64,000 nucleotides of DNA from Escherichia coli (GCF_003018115.1 NZ_CP027457.1), one strand, 5' to 3'; numbered from the stretch's first letter, positions 47,697-62,436 are shown. Notes: generated by a model not told the origin, from the sequence alone. A program made the numbers and translations.

Positions 47697-48329
47697 ATGG
47701 CAACTGACTCAACACAATGTGTAAAAAAAAGCCGTGGCCGCCCAAAAGTGTTCGACAGGGATGCCGCGCTTGATAAGGCCATGAAATTGTTCTGGCAACA
47801 CGGTTATGAAGCGACTTCTCTTGCGGACCTCGTCGAAGCGACCGGAGCCAAAGCGCCCACGCTATACGCGGAATTTACCAACAAAGAGGGGTTATTTCGT
47901 GCCGTTCTCGACCGCTATATCGATCGTTTTGCCGCTAAGCATGAAGCACAGCTGTTTTGTGAAGAGAAAAGCGTGGAGTCTGCGCTGGCTGACTATTTTG
48001 CTGCCATCGCCAACTGCTTTACCAGCAAAGACACCCCGGCAGGCTGCTTCATGATCAACAACTGCACCACCCTCTCCCCAGATTCAGGAGATATCGCCAA
48101 TACGTTGAAATCACGCCATGCGATGCAAGAGCGCACTTTGCAGCAGTTTTTATGTCAACGACAAGCGCGCGGGGAAATCCCGACCCACTGTGACGTGACA
48201 CATCTGGCAGAATTCCTTAATTGCATTATTCAGGGGATGTCGATCAGCGCACGCGAAGGTGCATCGCTGGAAAAACTGATGCAGATTGCCGGAACGACTT
48301 TGCGTTTATGGCCCGAACTGGTGAAATAA
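47697..48329 (+). CDS. comR: TetR-family repressor ComR (YcfQ)
   Basis: Start at MATDSTQCVKK, 210 aa. Confidence 0.9.
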   Translation: MATDSTQCVKKSRGRPKVFDRDAALDKAMKLFWQHGYEATSLADLVEATGAKAPTLYAEFTNKEGLFRAVLDRYIDRFAAKHEAQLFCEEKSVESALADYFAAIANCFTSKDTPAGCFMINNCTTLSPDSGDIANTLKSRHAMQERTLQQFLCQRQARGEIPTHCDVTHLAEFLNCIIQGMSISAREGASLEKLMQIAGTTLRLWPELVK

Positions 48330-48390
48330 GTCGCAAAAAAAGCCCCTCAGCCTGAGCGAATGAGGGGCCAAATTGCAGAGTACAGCCTTG

Positions 48391-48930
48391 TTATACTTTG
48401 TTATTCAAAATCAGTTGCCCGTTACTATCTAGCGGGATCTGCGTACCCGGATCGCGGTCCATGCGGATTTTGCCCTGCTGATCGCCAATCTTATAGGTCA
48501 CATCATAACCGAGCATTTTTTCTGACTTGTCATACACCGTTTTACAACGCTGTTGCGTAGTCGTGTAAGTATCGCTTTCCTGGAGAGAGCCCTGGATCTG
48601 GTTACCGGCATATCCACCACCCAGCGCCCCCACAACAGTGGCGACATCTTTACCACGACCACCACCAAACTGATGCCCTATCACGCCGCCAGCAACAGCG
48701 CCGAGCACCGACCCGGTAATGCGATTTTCATCCTGCACCGGTCGACGATGGGTCACTGTGACGTTGCGACACTCCTGACGCGGTGTTTTAACCGTTTCCT
48801 TGATTGGGGTTGCAGAAACAACCTGAGCGTATTGCGGGCCCCGTTCAAACACGTTCAGACTGGCCACTGCCGCTACGCCCAGCGCAGCTGCGACACCAAT
48901 CCCGATACCCGCCAACATTGATTTATTCAC
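48391..48930 (-). CDS. ycfJ: Glycine-zipper (Rick_17kDa_Anti) protein YcfJ
   Basis: GTG start gives MNKSMLAGIGIG... Gly-rich zipper. Confidence 0.85.
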   Translation of the reverse strand: MNKSMLAGIGIGVAAALGVAAVASLNVFERGPQYAQVVSATPIKETVKTPRQECRNVTVTHRRPVQDENRITGSVLGAVAGGVIGHQFGGGRGKDVATVVGALGGGYAGNQIQGSLQESDTYTTTQQRCKTVYDKSEKMLGYDVTYKIGDQQGKIRMDRDPGTQIPLDSNGQLILNNKV

Positions 48931-49057
48931 GGGAACACCTCCTTCTTTGCAGTTATGCCAATCATGCAAGCGAAGGAGAAAAGCAGCTATCAGACAGAAG
49001 ATGAAAAGCGCGGGAATGGCTGGAAATACTTAAGGATTCGGAGGAGTCTGAAGGAAT

Positions 49058-49144
49058 GCCTGATGCGACGCTTAACGCGTCTTATCAGGCCTACCGCTCG
49101 TACCATTTGTCCAGGGCGGATGAGGCGTTTATGCCACATCCGCC
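49058..49144. repeat. REP elements
   Basis: GCCTGATGCGACGCTT..CTTATCAGGCCTAC and GGCGGATGAGGCG..CACATCCGCC. Confidence 0.65.
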
Positions 49145-49156
49145 AGTGTACGTCGA

Positions 49157-50461
49157 TTAATGCAACTTCAAACGCGGACGGATAACGCGGTTAATACTCC
49201 CCACCAGCATCATTAATCCGGTTTTAAAGTAACCATGCAGCGCAATCTGATGCATTCGGTATAGCGAGATATATACAAAGCGCGCAATTCGTCCTTCAAT
49301 CATCATTGAGCCGCGCGTCAGGTTACCCATCAGGCTACCGACGGTGGAGAAGTTCGACAGCGATACCAGCGAACCATGATCTTTATACTGATAATTTTTC
49401 AGCGGCTTACCGTTCATCTGCGCCAGTATGTTGTTCATTGCGCAAGTCGCCATCTGGTGTGCAGCCTGAGCACGCGGCGGAACAAAGCCCCCTTCCGGAC
49501 GCGGGCATGACGCGCAGTCGCCAATAGCGTAAATGTCTGGATCGCGGGTGGTTTGCAGCGTCGGTTCCACCACCAGCTGGTTGATACGGTTAGTTTCAAG
49601 ACCACCGATATCTTTCAGGAAGTCTGGCGCTTTGATCCCGGCTGCCCACACCATCAGATCAGCCTCAATATATTCGCCATCTTTAGTGTGCAGGCCGCCT
49701 TCATCAGCACTGGTGACCATGGTTTGCGTCAGCACGCGAACGCCAAGTTTCGTTAGCTCGTTGTGGGCCGCAGCAGAGATACGTGGCGGTAATGCAGGCA
49801 AAATACGTTCTCCCGCTTCTACCAGCGTTACGTTCAGGGCTTCGTTGGTCAGGCCTTTGTAACCGTAGCTGTGCAGTTGCTTGACCGCGTTGTGCAATTC
49901 AGCGGAGAGTTCTACACCCGTCGCGCCGCCGCCGACAATCGCAATGTTCACTTTGCCATTTGCGCCCAGGTTGGCGGAGTATTTCAGGAAGAGATTCAGC
50001 ATCTCCTGGTGAAAGCGACGCGCCTGGTGCGGGTTATCGAGGAAAATGCAGTTCTCTTTGACACCTGGCGTATTGAAATCGTTAGAGGTGCTACCCAGCG
50101 CCATTACCAGGGTGTCATAGGCGATTTTACGTTCCGGAACCAGCAGTTCACCTTTCTCGTCGCGCAGTTCTGCAATAGTGATTGTTTTCGCTTCACGATC
50201 AATATCAATGACGGAACCCAGCTGGAACTGGAAACCATGATTGCGCGCATGGGCCAGATAGCTCAACGCATCGACGCCTTCATCAAGCGAGCCAGTCGCC
50301 ACTTCGTGCAGCAGCGGTTTCCACAGGTGGCTGTGGTTACGATCGACCAGCGTAATTTTGGCTTTTTTCTTGCGTCCCAGCTTATGCCCCAGCTGTGTTG
50401 CCATTTCCAGCCCACCAGCACCGCCGCCGACAATCACAATTTTTTTCAATGGCGTAGTCAA
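49157..50461 (-). CDS. ndh: NADH dehydrogenase II
   Basis: TTG start gives [17 protein letters not shown]. 434 aa. Confidence 0.95.
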
Positions 50462-50732
50462 CGTGACCCCCTTAAATTTATTAACCAATTGTTAATTAAT
50501 GGTTATTAACATAGCTCTTAATTAACAACAGGTTACAGCAATGAAAATGTTCTTCGCTATTGAGAATAACATGAATGGTGCATTGGTCATACCAAAATTG
50601 ATGTTAATCAAGTTTTGTTGCTGAAAAGATAGGCGACTTTACCGGGTGAGATCAAAAAACAGAGTTTATTGTTTATTATTTAAGCGAATCTGTGAGAGTG
50701 ATATAGAGTGAGGGGTGTATGCAGGGCGTTCG

Positions 50733-50851
50733 GTAGGCCTGATAAGAGGCGCATCAGGCATTGATGCTCGACTGTCGGATGCGGCGTAAACGCCTTATCC
50801 GACCCACAGAATCCGGAGCGCATCAGGTACCGGCAAGGTTACCTGATGCGA
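50733..50851. repeat. REP/BIME cluster
   Basis: Three REP-like units (GTAGGCCTGATAAG.., CGGATGCGGCGTAAACGCCTTATCCG.., GCATCAGGT..ACCTGATGCG). Confidence 0.65.
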
Positions 50852-50860
50852 CGAGGGCAT

Positions 50861-51403
50861 TTACCCGAGGGTTTTGAACGCTTTAATGCGCTGTAAATGC
50901 GGGGAGATATTCTTGAATTTGTGCGTCTGCTCTTCGTCCCAGACAATCTCGTAATAATGATGCAACTCTTCAGATGTCCGCTGGCTGTTAAGTGCTTCAT
51001 CATTACGCGACAAAATAACCAGACAACGATCGCGATTCTTCTCGCGGAAGTTGGTCACACACTTAGTGGCAATATCGGCATACTCTTCCGGGCGATCAAT
51101 CTTGCCTTCCATGTTCTCATAAGGGAACAAATTAGGGTTGAAGATCACCTGGCGGATGTCGCAAAGAAAACCAATCCGTTCCGCCCAGTATCCGCCCAGG
51201 CCAACGCCGCAAATTAGCGGACGCTCGTCAACGTTCAGTTGCAACATTTTGTCCACTTCTTTAAGCAGATGCTGCATATCATGTTTCGGATGCCGCGTAC
51301 TGTAGCTTATCAAGCGTACATCCGGGTCAATAAACTGCAATTGTAAGACTTTCTCGTGGTTACCCGGACTGTTAGAGTCAAAACCGTGTAAATAGATAAT
51401 CAT
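50861..51403 (-). CDS. ycfP: UPF0227 esterase-like protein YcfP
   Basis: 180 aa, [18 protein letters not shown]. Confidence 0.85.
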
Positions 51404-51425
51404 CGCTTCCTCACATAAGCCAGGG

Positions 51426-53266
<1,841 letters not shown>

Positions 53267-53286
<20 letters not shown>

Positions 53287-53908
53287 CTTTACCTGACCAG
53301 ATAATTTCGCCCGTCTGCACCAGCATCAGCTGCATTTGTAGGGTCGGAGCGTTAACGTTGCCAGAGGCGCTGGAGTACAGCACGTAATGAGCGCCGACAT
53401 TACGGGCAATGCCTATGGCTTTACTACGGGTACCTAAACTGTCCTGCGGCGACAAACCTAACTGTTGCTTAGCCATCGACAGCTGCTGGGCGGAAACCAG
53501 GGTAAATTTACCGTTATTAGCCAGCGCATTTCGCAGCGTTTCGGTCGCTTCTGCGGCATTCAGCGAACCGTTAGTACGGTTGTTAACGCTATCAACCAGA
53601 AGGACGCTACCCGCAGTCACCCCGTCAGCCCCAAGCATCTTACTGACCATCGGCTGCATTGCGCCATTCCAGTCATAATGGCGAATATGCGGTGCAGGGG
53701 GTGCAGTTTGATCTTCGTGCTCAATTGGGCCTGGCTGCTGCGGGATCGTCGGCACCGAGGGCACTGTGGGGACAGGCTGTTGTGGCTCGGCTGGTTGTTC
53801 CGGCGCTGGTTTCACTTCTTCTACCGGTGCAGGTTCACGTTGCCCCACACACCCGGCGAGAAACATCGCCAGCGCGGTAATCAAGGCGTAGCGACTCATT
53901 TTTGTCAT
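53267..53908 (-). CDS. lpoB: PBP1B activator lipoprotein LpoB
   Basis: [20 protein letters not shown] lipobox followed by a Pro-rich linker. Confidence 0.9.
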
Positions 53909-53921
53909 CAAGATTCACCCC

Positions 53922-54299
53922 TTACAAATATAGATAAAGTCTGACTTTGTGCGCCCCCAGAAAATTGGCGCTGCCGTACAGCGTTACCGCCGAATGTGCG
54001 GGAATGGTAACGCTGCGTGGCCTTTCCAGAGGATGCATCTCCAGCCCTCTGGCGTCATACCAGTAAAAACGATAATGAACGGTAACGGGTTCTTGCCTTT
54101 CGTTATAAAGCGTTGAGGATGCTGAAGGTTGAATATCAGACGTCGAAAGGACGGGCTTTTCTGCACTGATGCCCGCAGCCAATAAAGATGACTCCATCAC
54201 CAGCGATTGCTCATCATTCACCGGAATTTCCGGATGTGAACGACAGCCCACCAGCAGTAACAACACCAGAGACACCAGCCCAAAGCATCCTTTTCTCAT
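53922..54299 (-). CDS. ycfL: Lipoprotein YcfL
   Basis: 125 aa, LLLLVGC lipobox, in synteny. Confidence 0.85.
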   Translation of the reverse strand: MRKGCFGLVSLVLLLLVGCRSHPEIPVNDEQSLVMESSLLAAGISAEKPVLSTSDIQPSASSTLYNERQEPVTVHYRFYWYDARGLEMHPLERPRSVTIPAHSAVTLYGSANFLGAHKVRLYLYL

Positions 54300-54301
54300 C
54301 G

Positions 54302-54661
54302 TTACAGACCTTTATGCGCCAGCATTGGTCCCAGCGGACGGCCACCCAACAAGTGCATATGGATGTGGTAAACCTCTTGTCCGCCATGGCGGTTGGTATT
54401 CATGATCAGACGATAGCCATCTTCGGCAATACCTTCTTGCTCAGCAATTTTTGCCGCTACGGTGATCATGCGTCCCAGCGCCTGCTCATGCTCAGCTGAC
54501 ACGTCGTTCACAGTCGGAATGAGGATATTCGGAATGATCAGAATATGCGTTGGCGCTTGCGGCGAAATATCGCGAAACGCCGTTACCAGATCATCCTGGT
54601 AGACGATATCGGAGGGGATCTCACGACGAATAATTTTGCTGAATATAGTTTCTTCTGCCAC
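54302..54661 (-). CDS. hinT: Purine nucleoside phosphoramidase HinT (HIT family)
   Basis: GTG start gives [23 protein letters not shown] histidine triad. Confidence 0.9.
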   Translation of the reverse strand: MAEETIFSKIIRREIPSDIVYQDDLVTAFRDISPQAPTHILIIPNILIPTVNDVSAEHEQALGRMITVAAKIAEQEGIAEDGYRLIMNTNRHGGQEVYHIHMHLLGGRPLGPMLAHKGL

Positions 54662-54994
54662 GACATTTTCCTTTTTCAAATAGCCATGCGTTGCGCCATG
54701 CTACGCCGCGCCACACTGCGAGTATAGAGTATGGTCGAGTTAAACCTGCTCTTTCAACCTTAACTCACGATTTCTTAAGCAAAAAATCGTTTTGCTGCCG
54801 TATATATCGCCATTATTCCCATTTCTGCCTGCGAATGCGCTGAAAAGACATTCTCTGTTTGGTTTACACGACAAATATGAATGCGTATATTTCTCATTTG
54901 CATTTACAAACAAAATTATTCGCACACAAAATATAACCGCTCATCACCCTCCTCCGGCATGAGCCTGACGACAACATAAACCAAGAGATTTCAA

Positions 54995-57184
54995 ATGCTT
55001 TCAACACAATTTAACAGGGATAATCAATATCAAGCCATCACCAAACCCTCACTACTTGCCGGTTGCATAGCATTGGCACTATTACCTTCTGCCGCTTTTG
55101 CTGCACCAGCCACTGAAGAAACGGTGATTGTTGAGGGTTCAGCCACAGCTCCAGATGATGGCGAAAATGATTACAGCGTAACGTCTACCTCTGCGGGTAC
55201 CAAAATGCAGATGACTCAACGTGATATTCCTCAGTCGGTCACTATTGTTAGCCAGCAGCGGATGGAAGATCAGCAGTTACAAACGCTGGGCGAAGTGATG
55301 GAAAACACGCTGGGGATCAGCAAAAGTCAGGCGGATTCCGATCGTGCTCTTTATTATTCCCGCGGATTCCAGATCGATAACTATATGGTTGATGGTATCC
55401 CCACCTATTTTGTATCGCGCTGGAATCTGGGCGACGCACTTTCTGATATGGCACTGTTTGAACGCGTAGAAGTAGTGCGTGGCGCGACAGGACTCATGAC
55501 CGGGACGGGTAATCCATCTGCGGCAATTAATATGGTTCGAAAACACGCGACCAGTCGTGAATTTAAAGGCGATGTCTCGGCGGAATACGGTAGCTGGAAC
55601 AAAGAACGGTATGTGGCGGATTTACAAAGCCCACTCACCGAAGACGGTAAAATCCGCGCGCGAATTGTCGGCGGCTACCAGAATAACGACTCATGGCTGG
55701 ACCGCTACAACAGTGAAAAGACCTTCTTCTCGGGCATTGTCGATGCTGATTTAGGCGATCTTACGACGCTTTCAGCCGGTTACGAATATCAGCGCATTGA
55801 TGTTAATAGCCCAACCTGGGGCGGTTTACCGCGCTGGAATACTGATGGCAGCAGCAACAGTTACGATCGCGCACGCAGTACCGCACCTGACTGGGCGTAC
55901 AACGATAAAGAGATCAACAAGGTCTTTATGACCCTGAAGCAGCGGTTTGCTGATACCTGGCAAGCGACGCTGAATGCCACCCACTCTGAAGTCGAATTTG
56001 ACAGCAAAATGATGTATGTCGATGCCTATGTAAACAAAGCGGATGGTATGCTGGTTGGGCCATACAGTAATTATGGACCTGGCTTTGATTATGTCGGCGG
56101 CACCGGTTGGAACAGTGGCAAACGTAAAGTTGATGCGCTGGATTTGTTCGCTGACGGTAGTTATGAATTGTTTGGTCGTCAGCACAATCTAATGTTTGGT
56201 GGCAGTTACAGCAAACAAAACAATCGTTACTTCAGTTCATGGGCCAACATCTTCCCGGATGAAATTGGCAGTTTCTACAACTTTAATGGCAATTTCCCAC
56301 AAACCGACTGGTCACCACAGAGCCTGGCGCAGGACGATACCACACATATGAAATCGTTATATGCTGCCACTCGTGTCACCCTTGCCGATCCGCTGCATCT
56401 GATCCTCGGCGCACGTTATACCAACTGGCGGGTTGATACGCTGACTTACAGCATGGAGAAAAACCACACCACGCCTTACGCTGGTCTGGTGTTTGACATC
56501 AATGACAACTGGTCGACCTACGCCAGCTATACCTCTATTTTCCAGCCGCAAAATGATCGTGACAGTTCAGGCAAATATCTGGCTCCAATCACCGGTAACA
56601 ACTACGAGCTGGGTCTGAAATCGGACTGGATGAATAGCCGTCTGACCACCACATTAGCCATCTTCCGTATTGAGCAGGATAATGTCGCTCAGTCCACCGG
56701 TACACCTATCCCCGGCAGCAACGGCGAAACCGCCTATAAAGCGGTGGATGGGACAGTCAGTAAAGGGGTGGAATTTGAACTCAACGGCGCAATTACCGAC
56801 AACTGGCAGCTGACATTTGGCGCAACGCGCTATATTGCAGAGGATAACGAAGGAAACGCCGTTAATCCTAATCTGCCACGCACCACGGTTAAAATGTTCA
56901 CCAGCTATCGGTTGCCTGTCATGCCAGAGTTGACAGTCGGCGGTGGTGTTAACTGGCAAAATCGCGTGTATACCGACACCGTGACACCGTATGGCACCTT
57001 CCGCGCCGAGCAAGGTAGCTACGCGCTGGTGGATCTCTTCACCCGCTACCAGGTGACGAAAAACTTCTCGTTACAGGGGAACGTCAATAACCTGTTCGAC
57101 AAAACCTACGATACCAACGTGGAAGGTTCTATCGTCTACGGCGCACCGCGTAATTTCAGCATTACCGGCACGTATCAATTCTGA
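54995..57184 (+). CDS. fhuE: TonB-dependent ferric coprogen/rhodotorulic acid receptor FhuE
   Basis: 729 aa, TonB box ETVIV, terminal ..TGTYQF. Confidence 0.95.
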   Translation: MLSTQFNRDNQYQAITKPSLLAGCIALALLPSAAFAAPATEETVIVEGSATAPDDGENDYSVTSTSAGTKMQMTQRDIPQSVTIVSQQRMEDQQLQTLGEVMENTLGISKSQADSDRALYYSRGFQIDNYMVDGIPTYFVSRWNLGDALSDMALFERVEVVRGATGLMTGTGNPSAAINMVRKHATSREFKGDVSAEYGSWNKERYVADLQSPLTEDGKIRARIVGGYQNNDSWLDRYNSEKTFFSGIVDADLGDLTTLSAGYEYQRIDVNSPTWGGLPRWNTDGSSNSYDRARSTAPDWAYNDKEINKVFMTLKQRFADTWQATLNATHSEVEFDSKMMYVDAYVNKADGMLVGPYSNYGPGFDYVGGTGWNSGKRKVDALDLFADGSYELFGRQHNLMFGGSYSKQNNRYFSSWANIFPDEIGSFYNFNGNFPQTDWSPQSLAQDDTTHMKSLYAATRVTLADPLHLILGARYTNWRVDTLTYSMEKNHTTPYAGLVFDINDNWSTYASYTSIFQPQNDRDSSGKYLAPITGNNYELGLKSDWMNSRLTTTLAIFRIEQDNVAQSTGTPIPGSNGETAYKAVDGTVSKGVEFELNGAITDNWQLTFGATRYIAEDNEGNAVNPNLPRTTVKMFTSYRLPVMPELTVGGGVNWQNRVYTDTVTPYGTFRAEQGSYALVDLFTRYQVTKNFSLQGNVNNLFDKTYDTNVEGSIVYGAPRNFSITGTYQF

Positions 57185-57194
57185 ATAACACCTG

Positions 57195-57220
57195 TAAAAA
57201 AGGCAGCCATCTGGCTGCCT
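57195..57220 (-). terminator. ptsG terminator (shared convergent hairpin with fhuE)
   Basis: AGGCAGCC-ATCT-GGCTGCCT with a U-run on the minus strand. Confidence 0.7.
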
Positions 57221-57243
57221 TAGTCTCCCCAACGTCTTACGGA

Positions 57244-58677
57244 TTAGTGGTTACGGATGTACTCATCCATCTCGGTTTTCAGGTTATCGGATTTAGTACC
57301 GAAAATCGCCTGAACACCAGAACCAGCAACCACTACGCCCGCTGCGCCCAGTTTCTTCAGGCCGGCCTGATCCACTTTAGACACATCAGCAACGCTGACG
57401 CGCAGACGGGTAATACATGCGTCGAGGTTAGTAATGTTTTCTTTACCACCAAATGCAGCAACCAGAGCCGGTGCCATTTCGCTGGTACCTGTCGCTTTTG
57501 CATCTTCAGTCGCGTCTTCACGACCCGGCGTTTTCAGATCCAGTGCTTTAATCAGCACGCGGAAGATGGTGTAGTAAACAATCGCATAACCGATACCGAC
57601 GATCGGGAACAGCCACAGTTTGCTGCTGTTACCAGACAGAACGATGAAGTCGATCAGACCGTGCGAGAACGACGTACCGTCACGCATCCCCAGAAGAATA
57701 CAGATTGGGAATGCCAGGCCTGCCAGAATCGCGTGGATGATGTACAGGATCGGCGCAACGAACATGAAGGAGAACTCGATCGGCTCGGTGATACCGGTCA
57801 GGAACGAGGTCAGCGCCGCGGAGATCATAATACCGCCCACTTTCGCGCGGTTTTCTGGTTTAGCAGAGTGCCAGATAGCAATTGCGGCAGCTGGCAGACC
57901 GTACATTTTGAACAGGAAGCCACCAGACAGTTTACCCGCAGTCGGGTCACCCGCCATATAACGCGGAATGTCGCCGTGGAAAACCTGACCTGCTGCGTTG
58001 GTGTATTCACCAATCTGCATCTGGAAAGGTACGTTCCAGATGTGGTGCAGACCAAACGGTACCAGGCAACGTTCGATGAAACCGTAAATGCCAAACGCAA
58101 CTACCGGGTTCTGGTAAGCAGCCCACTGAGAGAAGGTCTGGATTGCAGAACCAATCGGCGGCCAAATGAAGGACAGCACAACGCCAGTAAAGATGGCAGC
58201 CAGGCCAGAAATGATCGGCACAAAGCGTTTACCGGCAAAGAAGCCAAGATACTCAGGCAGCTTAATACGGTAGAAACGGTTAAACATGTACGCTGCGATC
58301 GCACCGGAGATAATCCCTCCGAGTACGCCAGTATCCGCCAGGTGTTTAGAGGCGATTTCTTCAGCAGGTAAATGCAGTACCAGTGGCGCAACCACGGCCA
58401 TGGTTTTAACCATGATGCCATAGGCAACAACTGCGGCCAGCGCGGATACGCCATCGTTATTGGTAAAGCCGAGGGCGACACCGATCGCAAAAATCAGTGG
58501 CATGTTTGCAAAGACGGAACCGCCTGCTTCTGCCATAACATGCGATACAACGGCGGGCAGCCAGCTGAAATTCGCGGAACCGACGCCCAGCAGAATACCT
58601 GCGATAGGCAGTACGGATACCGGCAGCATCAGCGATTTACCGACCTTTTGCAGGTTAGCAAATGCATTCTTAAACAT
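57244..58677 (-). CDS. ptsG: Glucose-specific PTS EIICB component
   Basis: 477 aa, [24 protein letters not shown]. Confidence 0.97.
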
Positions 58678-58971
58678 AATTGAGAGTGCTCCTGAGTATG
58701 GGTGCTTTTTTTACGTTCTCACGCGTGGCAAGGGGGGAGAGCCTCGCCGTGTACAGGGCATCTAAGCGCCCTTTATTTATTACACAGAGTAAAATAATTC
58801 AGTGCCAATTTGTTTGACGGCTATCACGTTTCAACTTCAGATCATTGGAGAAGTTGCACATTTTGACAAAACATATGTCACAATATTTCAAACGCGGTTA
58901 TTCACCGCCCAATTTTCGGCGGTGAACTTTACTCGTTTTAGCCATTAATTACGAGCTTTAAAAAAACTCAT

Positions 58972-59769
58972 TCAACGGATGGATTGAAGGCGGGAAGCGT
59001 CGATGTGAAACAGACGGGCGAAGTTATCGGTGGTTACCTGCGCCAGTTCTTCAACGGCAACACCTTTCAACACAGCCATGTATTCTGCAACGTCACGAAC
59101 CATCGCAGGTTGATTCTCTTTTCCTCGATGCGGCACCGGCGCAAGGTAAGGTGAGTCAGTTTCCACCAGTAACCGATCCAGGGGGACATAACGCGCAGCA
59201 TCGCGCAGTTGCTCCGCATTACGGAAGGTCACAATGCCGGAAAAGGAGATGTAAAATCCGAGATCCAGTAATTTGCCCGCCGTTTCTCTGTCCTCTGTAA
59301 AACAGTGTAGTACGCCACCGCAATCCGTCACTTTTTCTTCGCGCAGAATTGCCAGCGTATCGGCGCGGGCGTCACGGGTATGGACGATAACCGGCTTGTT
59401 CAGTTCACGACCAATCTGGATATGATGGATGAAGGACTCTTGCTGACGTACTTTAGTTTCCGGTGTGTAATAATAATCCAGCCCGGTTTCACCCAGCGCT
59501 ACAACACCCTCTTCTGCCGCCAGACGGCGTAAATCTTCTACATCGTAGGGATCATTCTGGTTGAGTGGATGCACGCCACAAGAAAATACGACGTTGTCAC
59601 GTTCGCCTACCAGATCCCGCATATGTAAATAACCCGGTAATGTTGTGGCGACTGCCAGACAAAATTTCACATCGCGTGCGGCGGCTTTCGCCAGAACGTC
59701 ATCCACGTCCTTATGCAAAGATTCATAATCCAGACCATCGAGATGGCAGTGTGAGTCGACTAAAAACAT
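58972..59769 (-). CDS. ycfH: TatD-family metal-dependent hydrolase YcfH
   Basis: Start at [11 protein letters not shown], 265 aa. Confidence 0.9.
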
Positions 59770-59779
59770 GATGTCTCTC

Positions 59780-60784
59780 TTAAAGATGAGGAACCGGTAG
59801 CACAACGCCCGGTTGCAGGTAATGCTCAATACGCAGTAAAAGATCGGTGATGAGAAGCTCGCGGTTGATGCCTGTAACAGACATTAACTGTTCACGAATG
59901 TGGCAAACATCCCCCAGTATAGCCTGCAGGCGCGAGGGAGAAAGATGGTTTGCCAGTTCGACGACCAGGCCCGGCACATCAACATTGGTCACCTGCGCAG
60001 CGCCATGATGGCGTTTTAGCGCATCCATCAGCAACGTTGCCAGCCAGTGCAAACGCGCCGGAGCTTGTTCATGATTAAGGGCCGCCAGCAGCGAATACCA
60101 GTCGCCCGATGGCACGCTATATGCCAACGCCTGACACAATGTTTCACGAGCCTGCCAGTTATCTCCCTGAAACAACGCCAGTGCCGCGCCAGGCGAACCG
60201 GCGCTTAAGCGCAATGCGGCAAGTAATGCAACCTGTGACATTGTCACTTCGCGTGAAAGCCAGGTCACGGCGTACTGTTCCGGCGGCGGCGCAAGGTAAT
60301 GTAACCGACAACGACTACGTAATGTTGCCAGTAAACGTTCAGGCTCGCGGGTAGCCAGGAAAAACCAGGTTTCTGCTGGTGGCTCTTCAAGCGTTTTCAG
60401 CAATGCGTTAGCCGCGGCGTCGGTCAGTAAGGCAGCATCGGTTACCCAGACAACTTTCGCACCACCTAGGCGTGCGTGCTCATTCAGCTTTTCGGTGACC
60501 TCACGTACCGCATCAATGCCCAGCGTATTTTTCCCTTTTTCGGGAGCCAGGGTGTAGTAATCGGGATGCGTGCCAGCCTGCATCAACTGACATCCACGAC
60601 AGTGACCGCAACTTTTGTGGCCCTGCGGTTGTTGGCAGAGTAAATAACGGCTCAGGGCGTAAATTAAAGCATCATCGCCCATGCCCGGTAACGCCTGAAT
60701 GAGTAGCGCATGGTGACCTCTTCCGGCCTGATAGCTGGCTACCAGTTTTTCGAAATCAGGTCGTAACCATGGATACCATCTCAT
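59780..60784 (-). CDS. holB: DNA polymerase III delta-prime subunit
   Basis: 334 aa, [14 protein letters not shown], Zn module CGHCRGC. Confidence 0.95.
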
Positions 60785-61422
60785 GCGTCCAACTCCTTCA
60801 CCCAGTGGGTCACGGTAGTGCGGATTGCATCCATCACGGCCTCCAGCGGCTGGGTGGCATCAATGGTATGAATACTTTTATCTTGCGCAGCCAGTTCCAG
60901 ATAGCGGGCGCGGGTGCGATTAAAGAAATCGAAAGACTCTTGCTCAATACGATCCAGCTCGCCGCGCGCACGCGCGCGTTTTAAGCCAACTTCCGGGGTA
61001 ACATCGAGATAGAGCGTTAAATCAGGGCGAAAATCCCCGAGAACAGCATCACGCAGTGTTGCCAGCATATGTTGGTCAATACCACGTCCTCCGCCCTGAT
61101 ACGCCTGAGTGGAGAGATCGTGGCGATCGCCAATCACCCAGGTGCCGTTAGCCAGCGCAGGTTTGATGACCGTTTCTACCAGTTGAACGCGCGCGGCATA
61201 AAACATCAGAACTTCGGCTTTATCGGTAATGACTTCATCGCCTACCGATTTGATATCCAGCACCAGGCTTCTTAACTTTTCGGCAAGTTGCGTACCGCCA
61301 GGTTCCCGAGTGAAAACCATGTCGCGGATACCCAGTTGCTCAAGCGTCTCAACCACCACATTACGCGCGGTAGTTTTGCCTGCGCCTTCCAGCCCCTCAA
61401 TGACGATATACTTACTGCGCAT
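60781..61422 (-). CDS. tmk: Thymidylate kinase
   Basis: 213 aa, P-loop [10 protein letters not shown]. Confidence 0.95.
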
Positions 61423-62434
61423 TTTTTTCCTTAAGCACTTTCAGATAATCCTGCACAGACTTGTTATGACTGGCAAGATTGGTATTAAACGTGTGACCAC
61501 CTTTACCATCGGCCACAAAATAGAGATACGGCGTTTTTGCCGGATGCGCAGCAGCCTTCAGCGAATCCGCCCCCGGCGTAGCTATCGCACCCGGCGGCAA
61601 ACCGGTAATGGTATAGGTGTTATACGCTGTCGGCGTTTCCAGGTCTGCACGAGAAAGTTTGCCATTATAACGCTCTCCCATCCCGTAAATCACGGTTGGG
61701 TCGGTCTGCAGGCGCATACCAATGCGTAAACGGTTGATAAATACCGAGGCAACCTGATCGCGTTCACTGGCAACGGCGGTTTCTTTTTCGATAATTGATG
61801 CCATCGTCACCAGCTGATTTTTATCTTTATAAGGCAGACCGTCCGCACGCCCTTCCCAGGCGCTATCGACCGCTTTCACCATTTTCTTGTGCGCTCGCTT
61901 GAGTAACGCGACATCGGTGGTATTGGCGGTATACATCCAGGTGTCTGGCCAGAACCAACCTTCAATCCACTCCGGGTTTTCCAGTTCAAGTGCCTGCGCT
62001 ACGGTGATGTACTTATCATCGCTCAGCGTGTGCTTGATATACGGGGCCTCACGCAATTGCTTGAGGTAGTCGCTCAGACGCATCCCTTCTACCAGTCGCA
62101 GCGGGAACTGTGCTTCTTTACCGCTTTCCAACAATTTCAGCATCTCGCGCACGGTCATCTGCGGTGTAAAGCGGTAAGTCCCGGCTTTAAAGTGAGAAAG
62201 ATCCGGTTCGATACGCAGCAACCATTGAAAAACCCGTGGGCGATTGATGATCTTATCGGCATAAAGCTGTTCACCTAGCGCCAGACGTCCGGTCCCTGGC
62301 TTCAGGGTAAATATCGTCTCTTCTTTGATAAGCAATTTGCTGTCGGCAAGATGGCGAACCTTCCAGATGCCCACACCAGCGGCGATACCCAGTACCACCA
62401 GCAATAACAAGATTATCAATAACACTTTTTTCAT
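61412..62434 (-). CDS. mltG: Endolytic murein transglycosylase MltG (YceG)
   Basis: 340 aa, N-terminal TM plus YceG domain. Confidence 0.9.
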
Positions 62435-62436
62435 GA

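Noticed and set aside
54880-54930. A possible Fur box upstream of fhuE (..CAAAATTATTCGCAC..).
   Set aside because: Iron regulation of fhuE is expected, but the match I can see by eye is weak, so I do not place a site.
57247-58371. A 374-aa plus-strand ORF inside ptsG. Similar long antisense ORFs occur inside ndh (49871-50509), the capsid gene (2067-2747), lolC, mfd and elsewhere.
   Set aside because: These are shadow ORFs on the strand opposite well-identified genes. They have Arg/His/Gln-rich, low-complexity translations and no ribosome-binding sites.
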